The position numbers were made by a program, and so were the translations under genes. Shown here piece after piece: positions 26,772 to 37,500 of a DNA stretch of 64,000 nucleotides; the first letter of the stretch is position 1; the number at the start of each line of letters is the position of its first letter. Under the pieces are notes generated by a model that was given only the letters and a program-made list of their open reading frames with translations, searched no databases and was not told the DNA's origin. The DNA is from Candidatus Thorarchaeota archaeon (lineage in GTDB: Archaea > Asgardarchaeota > Thorarchaeia > Thorarchaeales > Thorarchaeaceae), in contig JBHLQH010000006.1 in assembly GCA_048884965.1 (NCBI GenBank), forward strand, positions 99,515-163,514. The letters run 5' to 3'.

Positions 26772-28160
26772 TCAGGAATAACACCGCAATACGTTAGCTA
26801 AGGCTCTTCCAGCTCTTTGAGGTTCTGTAAAGACAGGAATTCCTCCATCCTCTAATTCCTTGGCTCCTGGTGGTCTTCGAGTTACCGGGGAGCTTAGCAC
26901 ACTGACTACAAGCTTGGGATATTTTCTCGCTGTTTCGATAATTGATCGTACTGGCATTCCTCCACCAATACCTTCCAAATAATTTGGAGCAAAGACAGTC
27001 ATTATTGCATCAAATTCCTTCTGTTTAGCTATAATTTCGAAGGATTTTGCAAAAATGTCAGGATCTGCCCAACCTTGAGCAAGAAGATCTATTGGATTTC
27101 TTATTGGAACCTGAACAGGCATCCCAAGCAATCCCTGAATTTGATCTTGAGCCTCTTGTGGAGGTTGTGGAAGATGGATAGAATTCTCTTCTAAGGTCTG
27201 AGCCGCAATCAGAGCTACACCAAGGGTATGTGTGACGATAGCGACACTACGACCGTGTGGTTTTGCCTTAGTCATCGATAGAATCTTGGCAGTATCCATC
27301 ATCTCCTCTACACTCTCTACCTCAATCCCTTTTGCTTGCTTTATAGCTCCCGAATAGACTTCAGCTCTTCCAGCTAAACTTCCTGTATGACTGTAGGCCG
27401 CTTCTCTTGAAACTGGAGTTTTTCCAACCTTAAAGGCTATGACTGGCTTTCTTTGTGTGATTTCTTTGATGGATTCATATAGTTCTCTGCCACTCTCAAT
27501 CCCCTCGATGAAAACGCATATGACTTGTGTCTTGTCATCATCCTTGAAGTATCTGAGTAAATCGTGGAATTCTATATTCACTCGATTTCCTACACTCACA
27601 AACTTGGAGATTCCCACGTTGGTATCTCCAGCAGCATAGAGCATCAGACCGCAAACGCCCCCACTTTGACTAATGATGGAAACTGTGCCTTTCTTCTGAG
27701 CGATTGGTTGCGGAAAGAAAGTAGCGTTCAAGTCAAGGGGGATATTTCCTGCTCCCAAGCAGTTTGGACCAATAACTGCTATGTGATTACTATCAGCAAT
27801 GCGTCGAATTTCATCTTGAGCCGCTTCTCCTGCTTCTCCTAGTTCCTTAAACCCTGCCGCAAAGATGATTGCTGCTCGAATTCCAGATGCTGCGCATTCA
27901 TTCATTGCATCAGAAACAGATGGTCCTCCCACACATATGAGAGCTAAATCAATTACATCCTCTATTGCTGATAAGGAGGGATAACATGGTAGTTTTCCTA
28001 TACTCTTTAATCTCGGGTTTATAGGATAGATTTTGCCATTGAATGAGTCAAGTGCAAGCAAGGCAAGTGCACCAAGTCTATCGGGTTTGTCTGATGCTCC
28101 AATTACTGCAATTGTACTTGGATTAAACAAATGACGAAGCGACTCTCCTTTCCAAGACAA
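26772..28160 (-). CDS. acdA: Acetate/acyl-CoA synthetase (ADP-forming), stand-alone alpha subunit
   Basis: IAVIGAS, YPINP, IGPNCLG, SQSGG, SVGN, phospho-His motif SHTGSLAG and NPIDL. No ATP-grasp domain. Confidence 0.88.
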   Translation of the reverse strand: MSWKGESLRHLFNPSTIAVIGASDKPDRLGALALLALDSFNGKIYPINPRLKSIGKLPCYPSLSAIEDVIDLALICVGGPSVSDAMNECAASGIRAAIIFAAGFKELGEAGEAAQDEIRRIADSNHIAVIGPNCLGAGNIPLDLNATFFPQPIAQKKGTVSIISQSGGVCGLMLYAAGDTNVGISKFVSVGNRVNIEFHDLLRYFKDDDKTQVICVFIEGIESGRELYESIKEITQRKPVIAFKVGKTPVSREAAYSHTGSLAGRAEVYSGAIKQAKGIEVESVEEMMDTAKILSMTKAKPHGRSVAIVTHTLGVALIAAQTLEENSIHLPQPPQEAQDQIQGLLGMPVQVPIRNPIDLLAQGWADPDIFAKSFEIIAKQKEFDAIMTVFAPNYLEGIGGGMPVRSIIETARKYPKLVVSVLSSPVTRRPPGAKELEDGGIPVFTEPQRAGRALANVLRCYS

Positions 28161-28221
28161 TAGCTATACCTCACTCCTAGAAATGAGAGCCGCAGAATAT
28201 GATTGTATCGAACAGATACCA

Positions 28222-29637
28222 TCATTCTATGTAGGACGTCTTACTAGCAAGACTTCTCAGGATTTCCTCTGCCTTATCACGAATCTTAGCTATTCTCTCA
28301 CCATCGATATGTCCCTTGTAATAATTCAGTGTGATAGTTAGCTTGTTTCCTGCTGTCGCAACGCCCAGAACTAACTCCATCTTCAGTCCGGATGATGGTG
28401 TGAAGAATACTCTCTCGACTTGTAGCTCCGACTCGCCATCAGGTATTCCTAACACGCCAAGGTTCGTACTTATCAGATCTGGAAAGTTGCTTCCCATCCT
28501 ATTAGTGAATTTCGTCACAATCCCTTTTGGCCGCGATAGGAACTCCATGATTTTTGTGTATCTGCTTTGATGAGGTTCAACTAGATTCCCAAGATATTCG
28601 AAGAGTATAGCATCAAGCAGTGTTTGATCCAAATAGAAATGGGAATTTCCGCTTTCGAATATCTTATTGTCAGTGAGATGCTTAGTCACTGATTTATGAT
28701 ATCTCTGTATATTTTCCCATAATGATATGTCTTGATTGTATTCAAAAGGTGCGAAAGAACCTCCTGCATAGAATCCTACAGAATCACTGCAATCCACCCG
28801 AAGCTTCGTTCTGGCATCTACAGCTGTTGCAACATTAATTTTCCGTCCATAGTCGCCAACCGCATCAATTCTTGATTTCACGAAAGATATGAGAATCGTT
28901 GAATTCAGAGTAACCCCGTTCTCTCTAGATATCTCAATCAATCGCCTTGTTTCATCCTCGTCAAACTCCAATAACTCAATACAATATTCCGAGTTCTTCC
29001 AGAATGCCTCCCAAAGATTCACTAGATCCTCCTCGTCGAAGAGAATTCGTTCTTTCATCCATTTACGATTGATTCGTCCTATCATCCATGAACCGATTCT
29101 ACCAATGGTAACTTCTTCTGGTATTATATCCGGATTCAGTGGGGGTGTTGCTGGAAATACGGGAGAATCTCGATTGGGATCTGCAAGATGTAGCATTACT
29201 TCTCGTAATGCATATTCCAGAGACCTGCCATCGCTAATGGAGTGATGGCAAAAAACAACCAGTTCGGAAACATCCGTACCTTTAACAAGTATGAATCGAG
29301 TCAATGGACCTCTTGTTGGTCTGAGAGGAATTTTATGTTCATTATTCAGAACTCTCATCCAATCATTCTCAGATTCTCTTTGAAATACCTTGACAGGCAC
29401 CTCCGCGCTGTCTTCTTCGGTAATCCAATACTCTCCTTCATCATGCTCTTCCATTCTTACCGCAAATTGAGGAAATGTTACCAACATCTTGGTGACAGCG
29501 GATTTCAATCTCATTTCCGATATTGAACCTCTCAATCTCACGACCAGAGAGATGTGAGATGTAGGAGGGAATAGAAATCGACGTTCTTGTCCTGTTAGCG
29601 CACGTTTGATCATTTGATGTGAAGTAATTGTACTCAT
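28222..29637 (-). CDS. Condensation-domain / alcohol acyltransferase (PapA5/AATase-like)
   Basis: Catalytic HHxxxDG motif (CHHSISDG), plus GVTLNS, AVDAR and STNLG. Confidence 0.85.
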   Translation of the reverse strand: MSTITSHQMIKRALTGQERRFLFPPTSHISLVVRLRGSISEMRLKSAVTKMLVTFPQFAVRMEEHDEGEYWITEEDSAEVPVKVFQRESENDWMRVLNNEHKIPLRPTRGPLTRFILVKGTDVSELVVFCHHSISDGRSLEYALREVMLHLADPNRDSPVFPATPPLNPDIIPEEVTIGRIGSWMIGRINRKWMKERILFDEEDLVNLWEAFWKNSEYCIELLEFDEDETRRLIEISRENGVTLNSTILISFVKSRIDAVGDYGRKINVATAVDARTKLRVDCSDSVGFYAGGSFAPFEYNQDISLWENIQRYHKSVTKHLTDNKIFESGNSHFYLDQTLLDAILFEYLGNLVEPHQSRYTKIMEFLSRPKGIVTKFTNRMGSNFPDLISTNLGVLGIPDGESELQVERVFFTPSSGLKMELVLGVATAGNKLTITLNYYKGHIDGERIAKIRDKAEEILRSLASKTSYIE

Positions 29638-29747
29638 TTACATCACATACTAGGATAATTAGTAACTTTTAAATATTTACGAAATATGCAATTCTTCGAA
29701 AGCCACATATGATTGATATTCAGAATCGTCTATGTGAGGTGCATCTG

Positions 29748-30878
29748 ATGTCGATTGAGGAGATCAAACAAGATTTCATTGAATTCATGGAAGAAGAGCA
29801 TGGGTCTAATCCATATCCTCGTAATTTCTTTGGTTGCCTTCTGTCTATCATCGTTGAAGATGAACCGGTCAGCCAGGAGCGAATCATGGAGTTGACAGGG
29901 TACTCCCAAGCAACTATATCCCTAACGATTCAAAAAATCCAGCTCTTGATGCCGCTTCGAATTCTAAAGATACCGGGTGATAGAAAAAATTACTACAGCT
30001 ATGAAGGACCTCAGATGAAGTTCCTTCTTGATATGTTTCAAAGGCGTGTGGACGTACAAGACATTGACCTCAATTTGGTGGAGAGTGTGCTTAGGAAGGT
30101 CGAGAATGAGCCTTCCAGTAGAAAGATCGATCGTTTTCGAAAATATCTCAATACACTTCACTTGCTTCTGTCATCTATTCACACAATTAGAGGTGCTGGG
30201 CTAGAGCCCTTCAAGCGGTTCTTAGAGAGTGGCTCTATAGAAGAGTCCCAGCTCAAGGATTCCCAATTGATAGAGTCGGGAAAGCTGGCAGACTTCTTGA
30301 ATACTCTCAAGTCCGTGTCATATGACTCTGCGCTTTCTATAGATGATGAACGAGTTTCAGCTAATTTTCTATCACTTAAGAAAGAATACCTTTCTGGGCT
30401 GAAATCCAATTTGAATCCTCTATATTCTCAGGCCATAGCGAATCACCTCATGGTAATTCATGATGTTTTCATTGAAGGCAGAACCACACAGAATAGGATC
30501 GAAAAGGTGACAAAACTCCCTAGGAGTACAATATCTGAAATCCTCGCAGCTGGAGAAAGGGTTGGTCAAATACAAGTCACTAGGGCAACTGGATCTAAAA
30601 TCAAGCAATATGCCCCCGCAATATCTATCACAGAACTAATGCTTGCCTATTTCAACCGAGTAACTGAATATGAACTAAGAATTAGAAGAAGACTGCGTGA
30701 GTTCAAGCAAGCCACAACTAAGTTGGGTTCGCGGACGAAAGCTACGCGCAGATTCCTGGATTTCCTAAGGGAACTTGATGGTGTCTATGCATTTGCTGAG
30801 AAATATACTCGGAGTATGAATGTGGAATTGGTACTCTTGCTAAGGGAAAGGTATGAACAAGGATTCGAGTTCATATGA
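29748..30878 (+). CDS. Transcriptional regulator with two tandem GbsR/MarR-type wHTH domains
   Basis: HTH segments SQERIMELTGYSQATIS...GDRKNYY and TQNRIEKVTKLPRSTISE...GSKIKQY. ATG 29748 follows GAGGTG. Divergent from the acyltransferase. Confidence 0.78.
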   Translation: MSIEEIKQDFIEFMEEEHGSNPYPRNFFGCLLSIIVEDEPVSQERIMELTGYSQATISLTIQKIQLLMPLRILKIPGDRKNYYSYEGPQMKFLLDMFQRRVDVQDIDLNLVESVLRKVENEPSSRKIDRFRKYLNTLHLLLSSIHTIRGAGLEPFKRFLESGSIEESQLKDSQLIESGKLADFLNTLKSVSYDSALSIDDERVSANFLSLKKEYLSGLKSNLNPLYSQAIANHLMVIHDVFIEGRTTQNRIEKVTKLPRSTISEILAAGERVGQIQVTRATGSKIKQYAPAISITELMLAYFNRVTEYELRIRRRLREFKQATTKLGSRTKATRRFLDFLRELDGVYAFAEKYTRSMNVELVLLLRERYEQGFEFI

Positions 30879-30903
30879 TGAGTTATCGTACAATCCATCT
30901 GCT

Positions 30904-31395
30904 CTATTTTCCAAAAAGGAATTTGGTCATCGCAAGTGCTGGATTTACAATTGTCCGTCTAAGGATTCTCCTTAGAAGTATACTGTGTCTGGCGCGACGC
31001 GCAATTGGTGGAGATATTTCATAATATGCAAATACGAAAGCCTTTCCTAGTGGGCTAGTCAGTAACCATTCATCCCGAAAATCCCTCAGAATATCAATCT
31101 GAGGATCCAACGCTGTGCCAAACACTGCTGTTGCAATGAAACAGTCTGATTCGTGCTCCTTGCAGAATATCTCTTCACCCACCATCTTCGCTCTGTGGTT
31201 CTGACACATGTAGACCGGATTCTGGCATTTCAGACAAGTCCCCACAGGTTGGGTACCCTCTGGCAAGACTATTCCGCAGCGATCACAAGATGTCATAATG
31301 TATGCATCTTTCAGATCTTCTTCACATTTCTTGCAATGTGTAGCACTATAGCTATTAGAGTGCCCACATTTTACACACTCATAATTGATTGGCAC
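30904..31395 (-). CDS. Multi zinc-ribbon protein with CFI-box-CTERM domain
   Basis: Four CxxC pairs plus CQNH/CKEH, and C-terminal CFIATAVFG...LRDFRD..L...GKAFV..YY..SPPIA. Confidence 0.85.
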   Translation of the reverse strand: MPINYECVKCGHSNSYSATHCKKCEEDLKDAYIMTSCDRCGIVLPEGTQPVGTCLKCQNPVYMCQNHRAKMVGEEIFCKEHESDCFIATAVFGTALDPQIDILRDFRDEWLLTSPLGKAFVFAYYEISPPIARRARHSILLRRILRRTIVNPALAMTKFLFGK

Positions 31396-31588
31396 GGCTC
31401 TCCCTCTTACGAATGGTGGCTACATATAGTTTGGATTTATTATTATAAAAACGTACGTCGCGCATATTTTGCGCAAATTAAGATTATATGTCGAAAAACA
31501 GAAATGCTATTGTGGTGTCTCATACCTTGGCTCCATTTAAGGATGCACGCCACTGAGTCCTGGAGTCCGAGGGGGTTGATGCTAAATC

Positions 31589-34500
31589 ATGAGTGAGATG
31601 GGGACGGAGAAAGCCGCACGAGTCGCCGACATGATGCAGACCGTTGCACGGCTGCTTGTCGTAGTGATAATCATTCCGAGTGCAATATGGCTAGCTATGT
31701 TTTCTTTGTTGGCAGGGGTTATTCCTGATCCAATCGTCAGAGGTTTGTTCTCTCTTACATTTGGATTTGGACTTGCGGGGATTATTGTTGCGAGGATGAA
31801 ATACCCGGTTCGTGGTAGCATTCTAACATCTCTTGCTGCTGCAGCAGGAGCTATATCTCTAGCAGTCTTTTGGAATCAGTTGTTTGCTACCCTAGCAATA
31901 CTGCACATCTTCTTACTAACACTGCTTGGAATTTTCAGATATCTAAGACTAAAGCTGGAGATCTCGTATTTCCGATGGCTCAACATCAGATCTATCTTGG
32001 CATTATTGATCATCGCTACAGCTCCTTTGCCTTTGATCTTCTATCTGATTCCATTTGGGATCTCAATCTTTGTGCTAGCTACAGTGACAAGCATAACTAT
32101 CTGGTTCTATATGATAGGTACCCAATATCTCCTTCGAAACCCAAGCCTTGGAACCATTAACGCTATCATACCTGTACTTGGAGTTTCGATTTTGCTACTA
32201 GAGAATCACCTAGTACTTGTTCCAACTTCTTCAGGCATTGTTTCAGTTTCTGTCTTTCTATTTGGCTTTGGGCTATGCACACTATTCACTTCTCAAGTTT
32301 TCAGATTCATTCAACAATCAATTACACAACGCCCTATAAAGGAATATTCGGAAGAGCTTCGAAAGAGAGAACTTCTCAAATCAGTCGGTATTGAAGTTGA
32401 ATCGGAGAAGCAGGTCACACAGCAGACCTCGTCAGAAGATACGATCTGGTTGATTAAAAGTGGCCATGCTCAGATTCTTACAGGAATATCTCTTCTGATA
32501 CTGGCAGCAGGGATTCCGGCCTACTTCCTCTGGATGGTAGGTGGTACTCCTTGGGCTGCTGAAGCCTTCTTCCTTTATCTCTTCGTACCCTTGGCAATCC
32601 TTCTCACTTTGCTGGTTTCTGTACCTGCTCCTGTGATGTTCCGTCTCGCAGGAATTATCAGGCGAACACAAGAATCACGTATCGTTAGGCTCCTAGGTTT
32701 CCTTATTGTCACCGTCGCGTCCTTTGGCCTTTTCTTCTGGATGCAGTTCTATCTGATATCACTTTCAATTCCATTGAGTATACTTCTTTTCGTGAGTGGA
32801 CTCACTGGCATATTCAAAGAGATTCGTCTTCTATGGAGAGCTGCTTGGATAAGGGTTTCAAATGCTTTCAAACGTCTGTGGACAAAGCTAACTGAGTCCG
32901 TTAGACGGATATGGAGGTGGATACGTAGCCACTACATTACTGCTGGCATTATCACTGATACCTTAATCACCGGGATGATTGTAGCTTTCTTCATCTATCC
33001 ATACTCCCTTTCATCGATTATCCACCTACCCTACTTATTCTTGGGTACAACAAGTCTGCTGATATACACCATATTTGGACTATTGGGAATAGCCATGATC
33101 AAGGCTCATCCTAAGAAGCAGTATTTTGCATCAGCTGGTTTTAGTGTTCTTCTCCTTTGTCTATCTTTGCTATCATATTGGTTCTATTCAATTTCGTATG
33201 ATTTCTACACATCTGTTTCTCTGGCATCAATTTGGTTCATTGGTTTTGCACTTATGCAGGTTTTCAAGATTTCAAGAAGATCACTATCAATTCCCTTTTT
33301 TGTTGGAATCATTGGGCTAGCTCTGAATATCTATTCCTACGAATTACAGACGTCGACCTATCCAGTTCCAATTCTCTCTATAGTCTGTGTATTCTTAGTT
33401 GCAAGTATCATGCTACATAAGGAGTATACCCGTGCCTTTACAGCATTCGTTTATGCGATGATCACTGTAGGTGAGAAAGTCGCAGGTGTACTGAGAAGGG
33501 TTGGAGGAGCGATAAAGAGGTCTCTGATTCGCATTGGCTCTGTGATACGTTCTGGATTAATTCGTATCGGGGGGATAATCTACCGAGGGGCAGTCTGGCT
33601 CGGCGTTCAGATTGTCAGATTTGTACTAGTGCTGTATGCATTTGTATTGGTGTACTTCATAGGTCAATTTGGATATGGCTATGTTGCTGCATCTCCTGAA
33701 GTCGATTTTATCTATGTTTTTTCTGGACTTTCACTTCTTTTCTTCGTGTTGTTCACTCCCTCCTTGTTGGCAAAAGGCATACGTCAAGGACGTGGTTTAT
33801 TTGCCTGTATTTTCATCATATCTATTTGCTTCGGACTGCTTGTATTCAGTATAGCAAATAGTGCAGATATTCTGGTAAGAGTTCCATTCTCCGTACTCAT
33901 GACTCTCTTGGTTCTCATGCCTGTTAGAAATAGAATGCATGAGAAAATACAGAACAGTCTCCCATATTTAGCGTGGACATTCTTTGTTGGTTGGCTTTCT
34001 GCATATACATACCTTACCTTCTTACCTGACATTGTCTTTGCAGTCCTTATGACATCCTTTATCGCTGGATGTGGACTACTACCCATTCGCCTAAACAAGC
34101 GGTTTGTTCTTCTATCTAACATCATCTATGTCATTCTATGCGTTCCAAGTGGTTCATTGGTCGTCTACTTGGTTTCCTCAGCTGATCTATTTCTAACCAT
34201 TCTCGCGCTCATCATCTTGCCTGCATTTGCTTTCTACAGACAGTATGCAGCTGGCATCGCGGTGATAGGTCATGCCATCCACGTGGCAGGTATCTACATT
34301 CTGAACGGGCTTCGACACGTTGGTAGAAGAATCTTGGCTGGTATTCGAGCCATTGGGAGTTTCATTCTTCGAGGTTTCTATCGTATTGGCACAGCAATAG
34401 CCATGACTTTCAGGTTCATGTTGTTAATACTTGCAGCAAATGTCATCCTATTCATGGGGATTGTGAGCTTTGGATTCTCTCTCCTGCTTATCTATTACAT

Positions 34501-37500
34501 GTTACCAATTATTCAGAGTTATCCATTCTGGGAGTTACATGTTGTACTTGACTTTATGTTAGTGTCGAGTATGATTTGGCTACCTGCACTTGCTGTCAGA
34601 CGAGCAGATTATTCTCGAGCATTATCATCTGCAATTGTATCCATTGCGATAGCTATTGGGGGGATATGCTTCCTATCATACTTCTCTTTGCTCGGTATCG
34701 AGAATGCCGCACTTCTAGCAATATCATTCTCAACTATCATTTTTGGAGTGGGCACTCCGAACCTACTTCGAAGAAAGGTTCCAATTGTAGCATCTCTTAT
34801 TGCATTGATGCTATTCGTGCTCAATCTATGGGCTCTTGATCTACTTCTGACAATAAGTATCAGTGTTGTTGGACTTTCGCTCTTATCGCTTCCATTCCTT
34901 GGCTCTTCAAACAGATGGAGGATTGTCTACCCAATTGCATCTTTCACGATTCTTGGTGTCTTCTTCTATTACATCGTACTTGTTCTTGTTGGACCAATAC
35001 TTGCACTCACTAGCTTTGTACTTATGGAAACCTTGTTTCTGATGCTTCCAGTGCAGACAAGATCTTGGCAAGTATGGTGGACATTCTGCTTTTCGTCAGG
35101 ATACGTACTATATGCAATTCTTAGTATGCTTCTCATTGAGGGACTTATTTCCTACCTTCAATTCGTCTTTCCTGTTTTTATCGTCATCGAGCTTCTCAGA
35201 CTCACCCCTGACATCGAATACCGTTTCTCTGAATATTCTGATGTGCTTGGTATCATCCGTGCCTTGTTGCTATCGGTTGCTCTCTTCGTACTATTACCAG
35301 GAGACTCACTGCTACTATCCGCAGAGGTGACATTCTTCCTGTTTGCGCTAGTGATGACAGTTTCTCTCTGGGGTCAAGTGTCAGACGCAAGACAATTTGC
35401 TATGGTGAACATAATCGCAGTGAGTCTATCATTGCTCGCTGGAACCTATCTTGTTCTCCTCCGTAACTTCGACCTTCTCATTTCCTATTATTTCGCTTCC
35501 ATACCGATATTTGTATCATTAGGGTATAGCACATACGAAGCGCAAGATAAGCACAGATACTGGCGTTTCCTGCAGGTTCTGCTCACAGCGTCCTTTTCAC
35601 TAATTTGGTACACAGGATACAGGACTTTTGAATCTTTGATTCTTGGAATACCAACGGGTTTGTTCATCGGTTCAATTCTTGCATCAGGAACTCCTTGGAC
35701 CGGACTTGCTCAACAGGGACTATCAAGGAAATTATGTTTCTTCACCATCCTTTTCATTGAATCTGTTTGGATATGGCATGCGATCTTTGTCTTGTATACC
35801 CCTGCATCTCTATTCCTTATCGTATCATCAATGCTACTCATATCATCAGTCGTGTTTCCATTGACAAAGAACCTATCATGGATCGATTTCGAGCTTGTAT
35901 GGGATGGAATATCCATTCTCATGGCAATAACTCTTGGTGCCTTTCTAACTGGATGGGAATTATTCATGTTCAGTCTACCTCCCAATCCAGTTCTTACTCT
36001 CGGATGGGGTTTGTCGATATTCTCAATCCTGTCTGGGTCAATGATACGGTACAATGAGGCGAGTCAAGGAGAACCAGCGAGTGAGCGAATTTCCCACAAG
36101 GCCTTGCTCCTATCAATTCCTGGATGGACCCTACTAGGATTCTCATACAGCTTGGTTCTCATTGAACCTGAGGTAATCATCGGTGTAACTGCACTAGCCT
36201 TCTCAGCTGCTTCTATCTTCTATGCAGCAGCGCATCCTGAGCCAACTCGACGTCTTCATCTCTTTGTGAATTTGGCAATTGCTGTATCATTCTCCTATCT
36301 AACCTACACGTGGCTACAGGTAGTTCCTCCCTTTGAGAGAATGACTGGTACTCTTCTAGTCTGGGTGGCTCTTGAGATCCCAACACTTGGCAGATACTTC
36401 TATGCAGGACTGCTCAAGGCATCCTCATTTGTGTATGCAGGACTAGTCCGAACCTACACGATACTTAGGATGAATAGTGTAAATCTTGCCTTGATCTTAC
36501 CAGTCTTCGTGGGTCTATGGTTTGGCTCTACATTTCTCTTTCAGGCATCATGTCCTCTTCTTCTAGGATTGGATATTCGCCCATGTTTCCAAGCGATATC
36601 GGTCGCTGCGGTATCGATTGGAGCGATGTACTTCCTTGAGGGCATTTTATTGAATGGCCAAATTTCAGAGCGTGTGCGTACACCTTCTGTTGCGTTGCTA
36701 GGGAGAGGTGTTCTCATCCTCTTACTCAGTTGGACTTTGCCGGAAGCATTTCCAGATATCGAACTTGTTGCTTACCTGCTTACTGGCTCTGTAACTTTCT
36801 CTTTGATTACTATGACTGCTCTCAATCTGGCATTTGGTTTTGGTAAGGCTGCTCAACGCAGTTGGATGTTTGCAGGTCTTAGTCTACTTCCAGCCACTTT
36901 TCTAGGATTAATCCGCTTTGCTGGTCTCGTTCCGCAAACAGCATTAGCAGCCGCATTATTGCTTGCATTCATCATGGAATCTCCATTCCTCAAATCACAG
37001 ATAGCTACGGCTATTGCCATGATGTCAAGGCTCGTGCATGTTATTGCGGAATCTCTGAGGGCCTTTGGTGCCACGCTATCTCGAGCAATTCGAAGATTTG
37101 CTCTCGCAGTCAGGATATTCTTTGAGAGGTTTGGCTACATCAATTGGGTTGTGTTCTCTCTGATCTTCACTAGCGGCCTATCGTACTTCTCGGGTACATT
37201 CTTTAGTGATCTCTTAGGCATGAGTCAGCTTGGCATATTGTATTGGATTCCACGAATCAGCATGCCAGTGTTTATCCTCGGACTACTACTCCTTACTGTA
37301 GCTATAATTCGACGAACTGTAAAGACAACCTTTGGAGTCTCATGCGTTCTTGTGGCGCTTAGTGGAGCTGCTCTTACAGCGACTACATGGCTATTCGATC
37401 ACAGCTTCATACTTCTATCCATTGCAACTGGTGTGTTGCTCATTTGCTTTGGTGGACTGACTGTCCTATTTGAGCGAAGAGCAGAAGGATCAAAGATATC

